From assembly GCA_013390745.1 (NCBI GenBank), contig JACASX010000009.1:1-32000 (forward strand): DNA of 32,000 bases, in the 5' to 3' direction. Shown here in pieces: positions 17,204 through 26,584 of this stretch (positions within the stretch are counted from its first letter, which is position 1; every line of letters begins with the position of its first letter). Origin of the DNA: Marine Group I thaumarchaeote (GTDB taxonomy: Archaea; Thermoproteota; Nitrososphaeria; Nitrososphaerales; Nitrosopumilaceae). The notes under the pieces are model-generated. The model made no database searches and had not been told where the DNA came from. It saw only the letters and a list, made by a program, of their open reading frames with translations. The translations under genes and the position numbers were made by a program.

Positions 17204-18277
17204 TTATTTATAATGATATTTTTCTAGTATATCTGAAAATTCTTTGGCAAGAAATTCCCATGAATAATTCGTCTTAACATTTTCCTCTGCTTTAGCAGTG
17301 ATTTTTTTGACAAGATCTGGTTTAGAAAGGAGATCGTTGATTAAATGTACAATTTGATCACTATCTCCTAAATTAACTAAAAATCCTGTCTCTCCATCTA
17401 TTACTATTTCAGGTATTCCACCAATATTAGACGCGATTACAGGTTTTTTCATTAACATAGATTCTATAATACTCTGACCTAATCCTTCTAAACCTGATAA
17501 TAACAAGTAAACATCTAGCGACGAAAAAAATTTTTTTATTTCATTTGGATATTCCAAATTACCCATCCAAACAAAATTCTCAAATTTTTTTAGTTTATGA
17601 ATAATTTTATCCCTGTAAATGCCATCACCTGCAAGATAAAATGTCACATTTGGTAACTTTCTCATCACATCTTGTAATGTATTCAACTCTCTTGTCTTGC
17701 CCCATATGTTAAATCCTTGAACAAGTCCAACACATGGATGAATTAATTTTTGGTTATCTACTTGAACCCAATCTGACGCATTTCTTCCATCAACAGATAA
17801 TACTTCGATTTTATTTTTAGAATATCTCTTTCGAACTTCATTTTTTAAATATTCAGAAATAGGCAAAATCATAGAAGATTCTTTAAAAATTCTCTCTGCT
17901 AATTTTTGATTTTTCAAAACAGAGAAAAATTTTAACGATGATTTGTAAATTGTTTTCTTTGCCCATTCTAATTCTTCCCAATAATTTCCTCTAAGTAAAA
18001 GAAACAAAGGAATTTTTTTATCAAGAAAAATTTTTCCTAATCTTGAGATGTGATCTAATAGCACTATATCTGGTTCAAAAGTGTTTAATAGAATTTTTAA
18101 TTTTCTGTTTGTGGTAATTTTCTTTTTCAAATTTAAACTTAAAGATTTTTCGAGAAAATCTATATCTATTATAACTTTACTTTCTATTCCAAATTTTTCT
18201 AGTTCATATGAAAAGTGTTTTAAATGAATTAGTCTTGATTTGCTTCCAACAATTAAGATTTTCATATTGGTTTTCAA
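17204..18277 (-). CDS. GT-B fold glycosyltransferase (GT4-like), paralog B
   Basis: IIESMLMKKPVIASNIGGIPEIVIDGETGFLV. It aligns over its full length with 11674..12741. Confidence 0.75.
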   Translation of the reverse strand: MKTNMKILIVGSKSRLIHLKHFSYELEKFGIESKVIIDIDFLEKSLSLNLKKKITTNRKLKILLNTFEPDIVLLDHISRLGKIFLDKKIPLFLLLRGNYWEELEWAKKTIYKSSLKFFSVLKNQKLAERIFKESSMILPISEYLKNEVRKRYSKNKIEVLSVDGRNASDWVQVDNQKLIHPCVGLVQGFNIWGKTRELNTLQDVMRKLPNVTFYLAGDGIYRDKIIHKLKKFENFVWMGNLEYPNEIKKFFSSLDVYLLLSGLEGLGQSIIESMLMKKPVIASNIGGIPEIVIDGETGFLVNLGDSDQIVHLINDLLSKPDLVKKITAKAEENVKTNYSWEFLAKEFSDILEKYHYK

Positions 18278-18409
18278 CTAGCTAATTACAGAAATATTAT
18301 TTTATTATAATTTCTACTTAATTAGATACTTCATTAATACGTCAAAATTTATGAGGCTAGAATAGCATATCTTATAGGTTCATCTGAAAAGTGAATTTAA
18401 GGATAAATA

Positions 18410-20020
18410 TTGCTAAAATTGAATATTATTCATCCATTTTTAGTTGCATTTTTTCCAATTTTAATCATTTATTCACAAAATGTGGGAAGGATTGAAATTG
18501 AAGAATTAGTTCTCCCAACAATTGTAATTGTTGGACCTGCAATAGGGCTTTATTATTTTTTGAAATCAATTTTAAAAAACGAAAATAAATCTGCAATAAT
18601 AGTAACACTAATTCTTGTAATATTATTTTCATATGGTCACATTTACTATTTGTTAAACGATGTTATGATAGATGAGTTTGATATAGGTAGGAATAGATAT
18701 CTAATTCCAGTATTTGGATTATCATTAGGTATTGGTATATTTTTTACAATTAAAATAAAAACAGCATTAGACAATGCAACAACTATTTTGAATGTAATTT
18801 CGGTGACTTTAATTTTAGTTGCGGCAGGAAATATTGGATTAGTACTAATAGACACCACTAGTTGTGAAAACTGTGCTACTTATGAAGGAAATATAGCGCA
18901 AGAATTGTTTTATGATAGGATTGATTTTTCATCTTATTTTGAGCCTCATGAATTTTCATTATCTGAAGAAAAGCCACCTGATGTCTATTATCTTATCGTA
19001 GATGAATATGGAAGAAATGATGCATTGTTAGAATATAACAATTTTGATAATAGTGAATTTACAAATTTTCTTACTCAGAAAGGATTTCACGTTGCAAAAA
19101 ATAGTTTTTCAAATTATCCAACGAGTATGCAATCAATTACTTCTACAATGAATATGAGATACATTAATTTTTTATCTGATGAAGTGGGCGAAAAAGCAAG
19201 AAACTACAAGCCACTGAATGAAAAGACATATGGACTTTTGCCTAATAATCAAGTAATAAAAAATTTTAAAGATATGGGATATAAGATGATTAATTTTAAT
19301 ACATTTTTAACACATCAGCATGAATTACCATTAGCAGATTTAGGTCTATGTAATAGAGGAGCCAATTTGCTTGATAACAAATTATTTGATACAATTTCAC
19401 GTACCACTATTTTTGGTTATTTTGTTGAAAGGTTATGGGAAGATGAAATGAGAAAATCTACGATGTGTGCATTTGAAGAATTTTCATCCGTAGAGGAAAA
19501 TTTTGAAGAACCTGTTTTTGTGTGGGTACACATTGCGATTCCACATGCCCCATACATTTTTGGCCCAAATGGAGAACCAATAACTCCTGGAACACCACTA
19601 TTACTTACAGCTAATCCGGAACACAGAGTTAGTGGTTGGGATGAAAAGCAACAATACATTCAGCAAGTTCAATTTAGCAATAAAATGATGAAAAAAATTG
19701 TAAATGAGATTTTATCTAAAGAAAAACCTGCAATCATAATCTTTCAAAGTGATCATGGTACAGCATGGGATGTTAACTGGTTTGAACCATCTAAAGATGA
19801 TGCTTGGGAAAGATTAAAAATTTTCAATGCAATATATTTTCCAGATGAAGAAAAACGAAAAATGTTAGAGGATGATCGTACGGCAGTTAACACATTTAGG
19901 ATAGTATTTAATTCCTATTTCGGAAGTAATTATGAGATGTTAGAAGATAAAATGTACTGGGGATGGAGCAAGAAACCATACTATTTTGAGGAAGTAACTA
20001 GTTACTTGTTAGAAAAATAA
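18410..20020 (+). CDS. Polytopic membrane protein with an extracytoplasmic alkaline-phosphatase-superfamily domain, paralog B (canonical DHG metal motif retained)
   Basis: N-terminal helices, then VYYLIVDEYGRND, SNYPTSMQSITS, VWVHIAIPHAPYIFGPNGEPITP and IIFQSDHGTAW. TTG start. Confidence 0.6.
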   Translation: MLKLNIIHPFLVAFFPILIIYSQNVGRIEIEELVLPTIVIVGPAIGLYYFLKSILKNENKSAIIVTLILVILFSYGHIYYLLNDVMIDEFDIGRNRYLIPVFGLSLGIGIFFTIKIKTALDNATTILNVISVTLILVAAGNIGLVLIDTTSCENCATYEGNIAQELFYDRIDFSSYFEPHEFSLSEEKPPDVYYLIVDEYGRNDALLEYNNFDNSEFTNFLTQKGFHVAKNSFSNYPTSMQSITSTMNMRYINFLSDEVGEKARNYKPLNEKTYGLLPNNQVIKNFKDMGYKMINFNTFLTHQHELPLADLGLCNRGANLLDNKLFDTISRTTIFGYFVERLWEDEMRKSTMCAFEEFSSVEENFEEPVFVWVHIAIPHAPYIFGPNGEPITPGTPLLLTANPEHRVSGWDEKQQYIQQVQFSNKMMKKIVNEILSKEKPAIIIFQSDHGTAWDVNWFEPSKDDAWERLKIFNAIYFPDEEKRKMLEDDRTAVNTFRIVFNSYFGSNYEMLEDKMYWGWSKKPYYFEEVTSYLLEK

Positions 20021-20063
20021 ATAACTGCTAAAGATTGATAAATATGGGAAAACTGGCTATAAT

Positions 20064-20270
20064 ATGCATACTAAATACGGATTCACATTCTTTTTAGCAT
20101 CTGTTTTTATCTTTTCACAGTTTTTTATTTCTAATGCCTATGCATACATCGATCCAGGTAGTGTGAGTGTAGCTTTTGCATTAATTGTTGGTGTACTAGT
20201 AGGGGCTGGCATGACAATAAAACTTTACTGGATAAAATTAAAAAATAAATTATCGAGGAAAACTGATTAA
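20064..20270 (+). CDS. 68-aa stand-alone hairpin membrane-anchor peptide, homologous to the N-terminus of the TagF-like protein at 10171..11613
   Basis: FFLASVFIFSQFFISNAYAYIDPGSVSVAFALIVGVLVGAGMTIKLYWIKLK aligns with FVAILLTFHQFFVLDVYAYIDPVTGSALLTLLAGVVAAGAMILKSYWFKIK. Confidence 0.55.
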   Translation: MHTKYGFTFFLASVFIFSQFFISNAYAYIDPGSVSVAFALIVGVLVGAGMTIKLYWIKLKNKLSRKTD

Positions 20271-20351
20271 TTTACCTCAAACATATGCTGACCTTAGAGG
20301 TTAGAATTTTTGCATAACAATACAAATTAACATTAAGGCTAATGCAAAAAT

Positions 20352-21548
20352 ATGAAAATCACCAAATCGATTTTTGGTAAAGAAGGGAACGATATCGACA
20401 AATTTAATGAATTGGATTTGGATGAACGTTCAATCGTTTTCTATTCGGAAAGTTCAGTTATCTTGTATCCATATGTTGAGGAAATAATTAGGGAGCTCCA
20501 AAATAGAGATCAAAAAATTTGTTATTTAACCTCAAGCAAACATGATCCCATTCTCAAAAACGAGAGTAAAAACATCAAAGTTTTTTACATTGGTGACTCT
20601 GAAATTGAAAAAATGAAATTTTTTTTAAGATTAAAGGCAAAGGTGTTAATTATGACCATGCCTGATTTAGGAAGTTACCATATTAAGCGTTCAAAAATAT
20701 TCCCAGTTCATTACATTTACACTTTTCATTCAATGAATAGTACGCATATGGATGGTACTAATTACGTCAGGACTTCTCTCTTTCGAAAGAGTACACTTGA
20801 CCAGTTTGATAGTATATTTTGTGTAGGGAAATACCAAGTTCAAGAAATTCGTGCCACTGAAGAGTTGTATAACCTTAACAAAAAAAATTTGGTTGAATGC
20901 GGATATGGGTTATTAGACAAATTAATCAGATTAAGATCTTCATCTGCACAACAAAATTTTCTGTCACAAAATAATAAAAAAAAGGTTCTAATTGCACCTT
21001 CATGGGGAAAACAAAATTTATTGGAATCTGTGGGCATAGAATTAGTAAAAATTTTACTTGATGCTGGTTATCATGTTACAATTAGACCACATCCTATGAC
21101 CATTAAAAAATCACCCAAGGTAGTAAAACAAATTAAGGAAAAATTTGAGAAAAATCCAGATTTTGATTTAGATACAAATGTATCCTCTCTTGAACAATTG
21201 TTGTCTAGTTATGCACTGATTACAGATTGGTCAGGAATTGGTTATGAATATGCATTCGTTTGCGAAAGACCTGTGATTTATGTTGAGGTTCTAAAAAAAG
21301 CTCGTAATAAAGAATATGAAAAAATTGGGCTTGAACAATTTGAAATTAGTATTAGAGATAAAATAGGCGAAATTGTTTCTATTCAAAATATAGAAAACAT
21401 ACCAGAACGCATCGAATTTTTGTATGCTCATATCAACGATTTTGAAAATAAAATCCAGAAAATTCGGAATGATGCAATTTTCAATATTGGAGAATCTGGA
21501 AAAGTAACTGCTAATGAGATTATTAGAATAATTAATGAAAAAGCATAA
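20352..21548 (+). CDS. TagF-like CDP-alcohol phosphotransferase catalytic domain, paralog B, lacking its own membrane anchor
   Basis: DERSIVFY, MPDLGSYHIKRS, FPVHYIYTFHSM, LIAPSWGKQN, IRPHPMT and ITDWSGIGYEYAFVCERPVIYVEV are all colinear with residues ~115-480 of 10171..11613. Confidence 0.6.
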   Translation: MKITKSIFGKEGNDIDKFNELDLDERSIVFYSESSVILYPYVEEIIRELQNRDQKICYLTSSKHDPILKNESKNIKVFYIGDSEIEKMKFFLRLKAKVLIMTMPDLGSYHIKRSKIFPVHYIYTFHSMNSTHMDGTNYVRTSLFRKSTLDQFDSIFCVGKYQVQEIRATEELYNLNKKNLVECGYGLLDKLIRLRSSSAQQNFLSQNNKKKVLIAPSWGKQNLLESVGIELVKILLDAGYHVTIRPHPMTIKKSPKVVKQIKEKFEKNPDFDLDTNVSSLEQLLSSYALITDWSGIGYEYAFVCERPVIYVEVLKKARNKEYEKIGLEQFEISIRDKIGEIVSIQNIENIPERIEFLYAHINDFENKIQKIRNDAIFNIGESGKVTANEIIRIINEKA

Positions 21549-21580
21549 GCAAAATAGCTTGTGATAAATTTGTTCTAACA

Positions 21581-21588
21581 TTATATTA
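21581..21588 (+). promoter_or_regulatory. TATA-like element (ttatatta) ~28 nt upstream of the 21613 start
   Basis: Position and composition only. It would give the nucleotidyltransferase/oxygenase/radical-SAM operon its own promoter. Confidence 0.25.
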
Positions 21589-21612
21589 TGGCCAGTTAAT
21601 GTCATAAATTAC

Positions 21613-22362
21613 ATGCGTGTGATAATTCTAGCTGCTGGGGCAGGTTTACGATTAGGTCAACACATAAAAGATATTCCAAAAGCGCTTTTAGATCTAAATG
21701 GGAAATCTATTTTGGAAAGACAAATTTCATTATTAAGACAACATGGAATAAATGAAATTTTTGTTGTTACTGGATATCAACGAGAAAAACATACATTGAA
21801 AGATATTGAATATATTTTCAATCCAAGATATGCTGAAACTGAACAACTTGCTAGTATGATGGTAGCAAGAACAAAAATTTCTGATGATGTTTTAGTCATT
21901 TTTGGTGATATTGTATTTGACGGTCAAATCCTTCAACAAATTTTAGCCTCCAATGATGATATTGCTATGGCGATTGATTTGAATTGGGAAAAATCCTATA
22001 ATGATGGTCTGTGCAATAGCCATCCATTAGATGAACCAGTTTTGATTAATCAGAAAAAAGTCCTACGAATTTCCTATAAGCAAACTGACACCATGATAGA
22101 AAATCAAACAGTTGGAGAATTCTTAGGTGTAATCAAATTATCTGCAAATGGTTCAAGAACTATAATTAAAAAATACGAAGAGTTGGAAAAGTCACATGTT
22201 GGGAGATTCCATGACGCGAATTCATTAGAAAAAGCAAAACTAGCTGACATTTTACAAGAATTAATTGATTCTAAAATTGAAATTTCCTTTATACCTGTTA
22301 ATGGAAAATGGTGTGAAATTGATACACCCAAGGATTTAGAAAGGGCTAGAAAAAATTTTTAA
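21613..22362 (+). CDS. LicC/PntC-like nucleotidyltransferase, paralog B
   Basis: ILAAGAGLRLGQHIKDIPKALLDLNGKSILERQI, AIDLNWEK, GEFLGVIKL and CEIDTPKDLE. It has the same length (249 aa) and is colinear with 4306..5055. Confidence 0.75.
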   Translation: MRVIILAAGAGLRLGQHIKDIPKALLDLNGKSILERQISLLRQHGINEIFVVTGYQREKHTLKDIEYIFNPRYAETEQLASMMVARTKISDDVLVIFGDIVFDGQILQQILASNDDIAMAIDLNWEKSYNDGLCNSHPLDEPVLINQKKVLRISYKQTDTMIENQTVGEFLGVIKLSANGSRTIIKKYEELEKSHVGRFHDANSLEKAKLADILQELIDSKIEISFIPVNGKWCEIDTPKDLERARKNF

Positions 22363-22376
22363 AATATTGATATTGA

Positions 22377-23321
22377 ATGATAGAAACTCTTGATAAAATT
22401 ATAGCGGATGAACATCTGGGATGGGACAAGACATTAACGGATCAAAAACAACAATTTGTCGTTCAACTTGATTCTAAAATAATTGAAGATCTTGTTAAGC
22501 GAAGAAACGAATTAGATAAGCTTAATGAAATTGATTTGCCACTTTTAAAGAATAAGATACTTGACTTTAGAAAGGAAATACTGCTTGATGGGGTTGGTTT
22601 GTTTATAATAGATGGTACTTGCTTGAAAAAATTTTCGTTGAAAGAAAAAATATCAATTTATACATTAATTACGAAAATTTTGGGTGAATTAATAATTCAA
22701 AATACACAGCAAGAAAAAATTGTGGAGATAAAAGATGTAGGAAAATCAATGAAAACTGGCGGGAGATATCACGAAACAAAAGAAGGCGGATCACATCATA
22801 CTGATAGCCCACAATGGAAGAATGTGCCTGATTATTTGGGTCTTTTTTGTGTTCGTAATGCAAAAAAAGGTGGGACAAATTTATTTTTGAGTGCTTACAC
22901 AATTCATAACAGAATTTTCAAAGAAAGGAAGGATTTGCTTCACACATTTTATGAAAAATTTCACTTTGATAAAAGAGGAGAATTCAAAGACGGAGAATCT
23001 CCAACAGTTTTTGAACCAATTTTCGAATTCAAAGATGAAAGATTACACTTTCGATATCTTCGAAATTATATTGATGCAGGTCATGATATTCAAAATGAAC
23101 CGCTATCTCAAAATCAAAAAGAAGCCTTAACTTATCTAGACAATTTAATGCGGAGGGATGAGATGATAATGAGATATGATCTGAAACCCGATGATATGGT
23201 TTTTTCAGATAATCACCGGGTTGTTCATGGCAGAATAGCATTTGACGACTATGATGATGAAAATTTAAAGAGGTTAATGTTGAGAACTTGGATTAAGGAT
23301 AAAATGTATGAAAAAAACTAG
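22377..23321 (+). CDS. Fe(II)/2-oxoglutarate-dependent oxygenase (TauD/clavaminate-synthase-like)
   Basis: H141-T-D143 facial-triad start (nt 22797-22805, checked). PDYLGLFCVRNAKKGGTNLF is like the CAS/AsnO/VioC PDYLxLxCLR block. The distal DNHRVVHGRIAF supplies His plus Arg. Confidence 0.7.
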   Translation: MIETLDKIIADEHLGWDKTLTDQKQQFVVQLDSKIIEDLVKRRNELDKLNEIDLPLLKNKILDFRKEILLDGVGLFIIDGTCLKKFSLKEKISIYTLITKILGELIIQNTQQEKIVEIKDVGKSMKTGGRYHETKEGGSHHTDSPQWKNVPDYLGLFCVRNAKKGGTNLFLSAYTIHNRIFKERKDLLHTFYEKFHFDKRGEFKDGESPTVFEPIFEFKDERLHFRYLRNYIDAGHDIQNEPLSQNQKEALTYLDNLMRRDEMIMRYDLKPDDMVFSDNHRVVHGRIAFDDYDDENLKRLMLRTWIKDKMYEKN

Positions 23322-25386
23322 ACCATTAAAAATTTACCTTGCTGATCTTACCTACATTACTGTTACACTTGCCACTGAAGCATTTCCATTAAATGTAGGT
23401 TATATTGCTAGTTACTGTAAAAAATTATTTGGCAATGATGTTGAAATAACATTATTCAAATACATAGACGAAATTGATAAGGCAGTAAATGAAAATCCTC
23501 CTGACATTTTAGGTTTAAGTAATTACTGTTGGTCTCATAATGTTAGTTACGAAATTTTTAAAATGTGTAAAAAAACTAATCCTAATGTAGTTACTATCTG
23601 GGGGGGTCCAAATTTTCCTATCGATTTTCCTTCACAAAAAAAATTCATGGAACATTACAAAGAAGTTGACATTTATGTTCCAACTGAAGGTGAAACTGGT
23701 TTCTCTAATGTTGTTAAGAAAGTTTTAGAATCAAATTCAATAGATGAAGTTAAACAACAAATTACACAAAGTCCAATTGATGGTTGTATCTCTAGAAATG
23801 AACAAGGACAAATTCAATATACTATTCCAACAGTACGAATATCATCTCTTGATGAAATTCCATCTCCTTATCTAAATGGAATGATGGATAAATTTTTTGA
23901 TGGTAAATTAACTCCTATGTTACAAACTAATCGTGGATGTCCATTTCACTGTACGTTTTGTACTGATGGTAGAGACGAAGTAAACAAAGTAAATAATTTT
24001 AGTACTGCACGTGTTCAATCTGAGATTCAGTATATTGCTGAACATATCCCAAAAAACACACATAGTCTTCATATTAGTGATTTAAACTTCGGAATGTATC
24101 CTCGTGATATAGAAATTTGTGAATCGTTGGTAAAAATTCAAGAAGAATTTGATTATCCGAAATATATTAAATGTACTACTGGTAAAAATCAAAAAGATAA
24201 AATCATTAAAGCTATTAAGAAATTAAACAGTTCTTTGCGTGTTACAATGTCAGTTCAGTCTCTTGATTCTAATGTATTAAATAATATTCGAAGAGATAAT
24301 ATCAGCGTAGATCATATGCTTGCATTATATCCTGCAATAAAAGAGGCAGAATTACAAACTACTTCTGAAGTAATTCTAGGATTACCTGGAGAAACTTATT
24401 CTAATCATATACAGACTTTGCGTGATCTAATTCGAGCTAAAATGGATGAAATTGTGGTTCATACATGTATGCTTCTTGATGGTTCTGAAATGAATTTACC
24501 GGAAGAACGAAAGAAGTGGGGTATGAAAACTAAATTTAGGGTACTTCAGAGAGATTTCGCTGAATTAAGTTCTGGAAAAAAAGTGATTGAATATGAAGAA
24601 GTTGTAGTAAGTTCAAACACGATGACTTTTGAAGAATATATCAATTTGCGTAATCTAGCGTTTATCATTTTTGTCACAAATCAAGGCATTGTTTTTGACG
24701 CAGTTCAAAAATTATTACGTGAGCAAGATATTGATGTGTTTGATCTCTATTACAGAATGCTAACTAACAAAAAAAATTCTCCAGAAAATACTCAAAAAGT
24801 CATAGAGCAATTCAAACAAGCAACTATTGATGAATTATGGGATTCGCCACGAGAATTGTTAGAAAATTTTCGAAAAGATTTTGAATATAAAAAATTACTA
24901 AATGGAGAAGCTGGAACTAATGTACTTTATCATCACAAAGCTATGGTAATATCTGAATATATGGATGATTGGACAGAGTATGTAATAGAATCTGCTCATA
25001 CGGTACTTAAAAATTCAAATAACTATAATGATGAATTAGAAAAACAATTTGAAACTGTTGCAAATTACTGTAGGGGATTATCTCATAATGTTTTGGGTCA
25101 AGATCGTCTAGATACTAATCCTGAATATGAATTTGAATACAACATTCCATCTTGGTTATCACCTAAAACTAATCTCAAACTAGATAATTTCAAATTAGAT
25201 ACAAAATTAAAAATTTCATTTCAATTGGATAATGAACAATTTAGGATGGTACAAGATAATATTGATGTCTATGGACATTCAAGCATTGGTAAAAGTAAAA
25301 CTTTGAAAATGCTACCTAATCAGAAATTATGGAGACACCCACTTGTTACCTCAAATCACACAACATACCTATGTTGGGACGAATAA
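23308..25386 (+). CDS. Radical SAM enzyme with an N-terminal B12-binding-like Rossmann domain (class-B-like), 692 aa
   Basis: CPFHCTFC gives CxxxCxxC (C211/C215/C218, nt 23938-23961, checked). It is preceded by a ~200-aa domain with DILGLSNYCWSH...VVTIWGGP, typical of B12-rSAM N-termini. There is no C-terminal Cys-rich SPASM-like region. It overlaps the oxygenase gene by 14 nt. Confidence 0.7.
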   Translation: MKKTRPLKIYLADLTYITVTLATEAFPLNVGYIASYCKKLFGNDVEITLFKYIDEIDKAVNENPPDILGLSNYCWSHNVSYEIFKMCKKTNPNVVTIWGGPNFPIDFPSQKKFMEHYKEVDIYVPTEGETGFSNVVKKVLESNSIDEVKQQITQSPIDGCISRNEQGQIQYTIPTVRISSLDEIPSPYLNGMMDKFFDGKLTPMLQTNRGCPFHCTFCTDGRDEVNKVNNFSTARVQSEIQYIAEHIPKNTHSLHISDLNFGMYPRDIEICESLVKIQEEFDYPKYIKCTTGKNQKDKIIKAIKKLNSSLRVTMSVQSLDSNVLNNIRRDNISVDHMLALYPAIKEAELQTTSEVILGLPGETYSNHIQTLRDLIRAKMDEIVVHTCMLLDGSEMNLPEERKKWGMKTKFRVLQRDFAELSSGKKVIEYEEVVVSSNTMTFEEYINLRNLAFIIFVTNQGIVFDAVQKLLREQDIDVFDLYYRMLTNKKNSPENTQKVIEQFKQATIDELWDSPRELLENFRKDFEYKKLLNGEAGTNVLYHHKAMVISEYMDDWTEYVIESAHTVLKNSNNYNDELEKQFETVANYCRGLSHNVLGQDRLDTNPEYEFEYNIPSWLSPKTNLKLDNFKLDTKLKISFQLDNEQFRMVQDNIDVYGHSSIGKSKTLKMLPNQKLWRHPLVTSNHTTYLCWDE

Positions 25387-25503
25387 TTGCAAAGGATTTT
25401 ACAGTTAAAGTTGAGAAACATTTGAATTTATCCTAAGAATTTTCTATAAATGGTTGATTAATTAATACAATGTCTTTTATTCTATTAATCTAATTTTTTT
25501 CCA

Positions 25504-26523
25504 ATGAAGATACTATTAATTTCACCAACATCTGGTGGTATTGGTGGAATAGCACAACACGTAGATGGACTGTCACAATTTTTAATCGGAGTAGGTCATG
25601 AAGTTGATGTTATATCATCTGCAAATACATTTACCATACCAATTAAACGTCTAAAAAATCCAAGTTTTATGTTTTCATCGTTTTTAAAAACTAAATTAAT
25701 GAAGAAACATGATATTGTTCATGCTCATCACATTGCTGGCGCCCTAGCTATGAAAAATGTTTCCTGTAAAAAAATATTATCTATTCATGGTATTTATTCA
25801 AAAAATATAGCCCAACTTTATGGTAAAACTACCGCAAACATATCAAAAAAATATGAAAAGACAGTATTAAATTGGGCAGACGGTATTACTGTTATTTCCA
25901 AAGAGGGATATAATTATTACACTGAAATGGGATTTAATGTTGTCCAAATTCCAAATTCTATCGATCTTAATATTATTCCAAAAAAATCTACCAAACAATT
26001 TGAAAATCAAATAATTTTTGCAGGGCGTTTGTCTAAAGAGAAAGGAATTGAAATTCTGCTTGAAACTGCAACACATCTACCAGATAACTATCATCTTCTT
26101 ATTGCTGGATCGGGTCCGCTGGAAGAAAAAGTTCGAAATTTAGCTGATAAAAAAATAAATGTGCATTATTTAGGTTATCAATCAAAACAAAATTTGCTTT
26201 CTCTTATACGAGGATCAGATTTACTCATTCAACCATCTTTGGAAGAAGGAATCAGTTCCACACTTCTAGAAGCAATGGCATGTGGTACGTGTATTTTAGC
26301 TAGTAATATAGAAGGAATCAGTGAGATAGTTGAAAATAATAAAAATGGATTACTTGTGGAGCCGAATAACAGAGAGAAATTATTAAACAAAATTCTATAT
26401 TTGTTGCCAAAAAAAGAAAAAAGATTGAGGATGGCTAACGAAGGACTTGAAATAGTTAAAAAATATGATTGGAAAAAAGTTGGAAAACTTTATCTCAATT
26501 TTTATGAATCTCTTCTAAATTAA
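25504..26523 (+). CDS. GT4 family glycosyltransferase
   Basis: FAGRLSKEKGIE and EEGISSTLLEAMACGTCILASNIEGISEIVENNKNGLLVEP, a classic GT4 E-x7-E region. Confidence 0.85.
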   Translation: MKILLISPTSGGIGGIAQHVDGLSQFLIGVGHEVDVISSANTFTIPIKRLKNPSFMFSSFLKTKLMKKHDIVHAHHIAGALAMKNVSCKKILSIHGIYSKNIAQLYGKTTANISKKYEKTVLNWADGITVISKEGYNYYTEMGFNVVQIPNSIDLNIIPKKSTKQFENQIIFAGRLSKEKGIEILLETATHLPDNYHLLIAGSGPLEEKVRNLADKKINVHYLGYQSKQNLLSLIRGSDLLIQPSLEEGISSTLLEAMACGTCILASNIEGISEIVENNKNGLLVEPNNREKLLNKILYLLPKKEKRLRMANEGLEIVKKYDWKKVGKLYLNFYESLLN

Positions 26524-26584
26524 CAAAGTGTGTTACTCAAATTCTATAAAAAGAGTATTAAGATGGCAAAATTGAGTTAGCTCA

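Noticed and set aside
20271-20351. Treating the split TagF-like gene as a single nonsense mutation, a sequencing error, or programmed readthrough/recoding.
   Set aside because: The 81-nt spacer has five additional in-frame stops after the terminal TAA. No single-site event or frameshift could restore a continuous ORF.
23308-25386. The B12-type radical SAM protein as a GDGT ring synthase (Grs) or other lipid-modifying rSAM, given that tes is in the window.
   Set aside because: I did not exclude this but consider it less likely. The gene overlaps the oxygenase gene, follows a nucleotidyltransferase inside the glycan/phosphonate island, and lies 5 kb and two transcription units away from tes. 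Phylogeny is needed to settle it.
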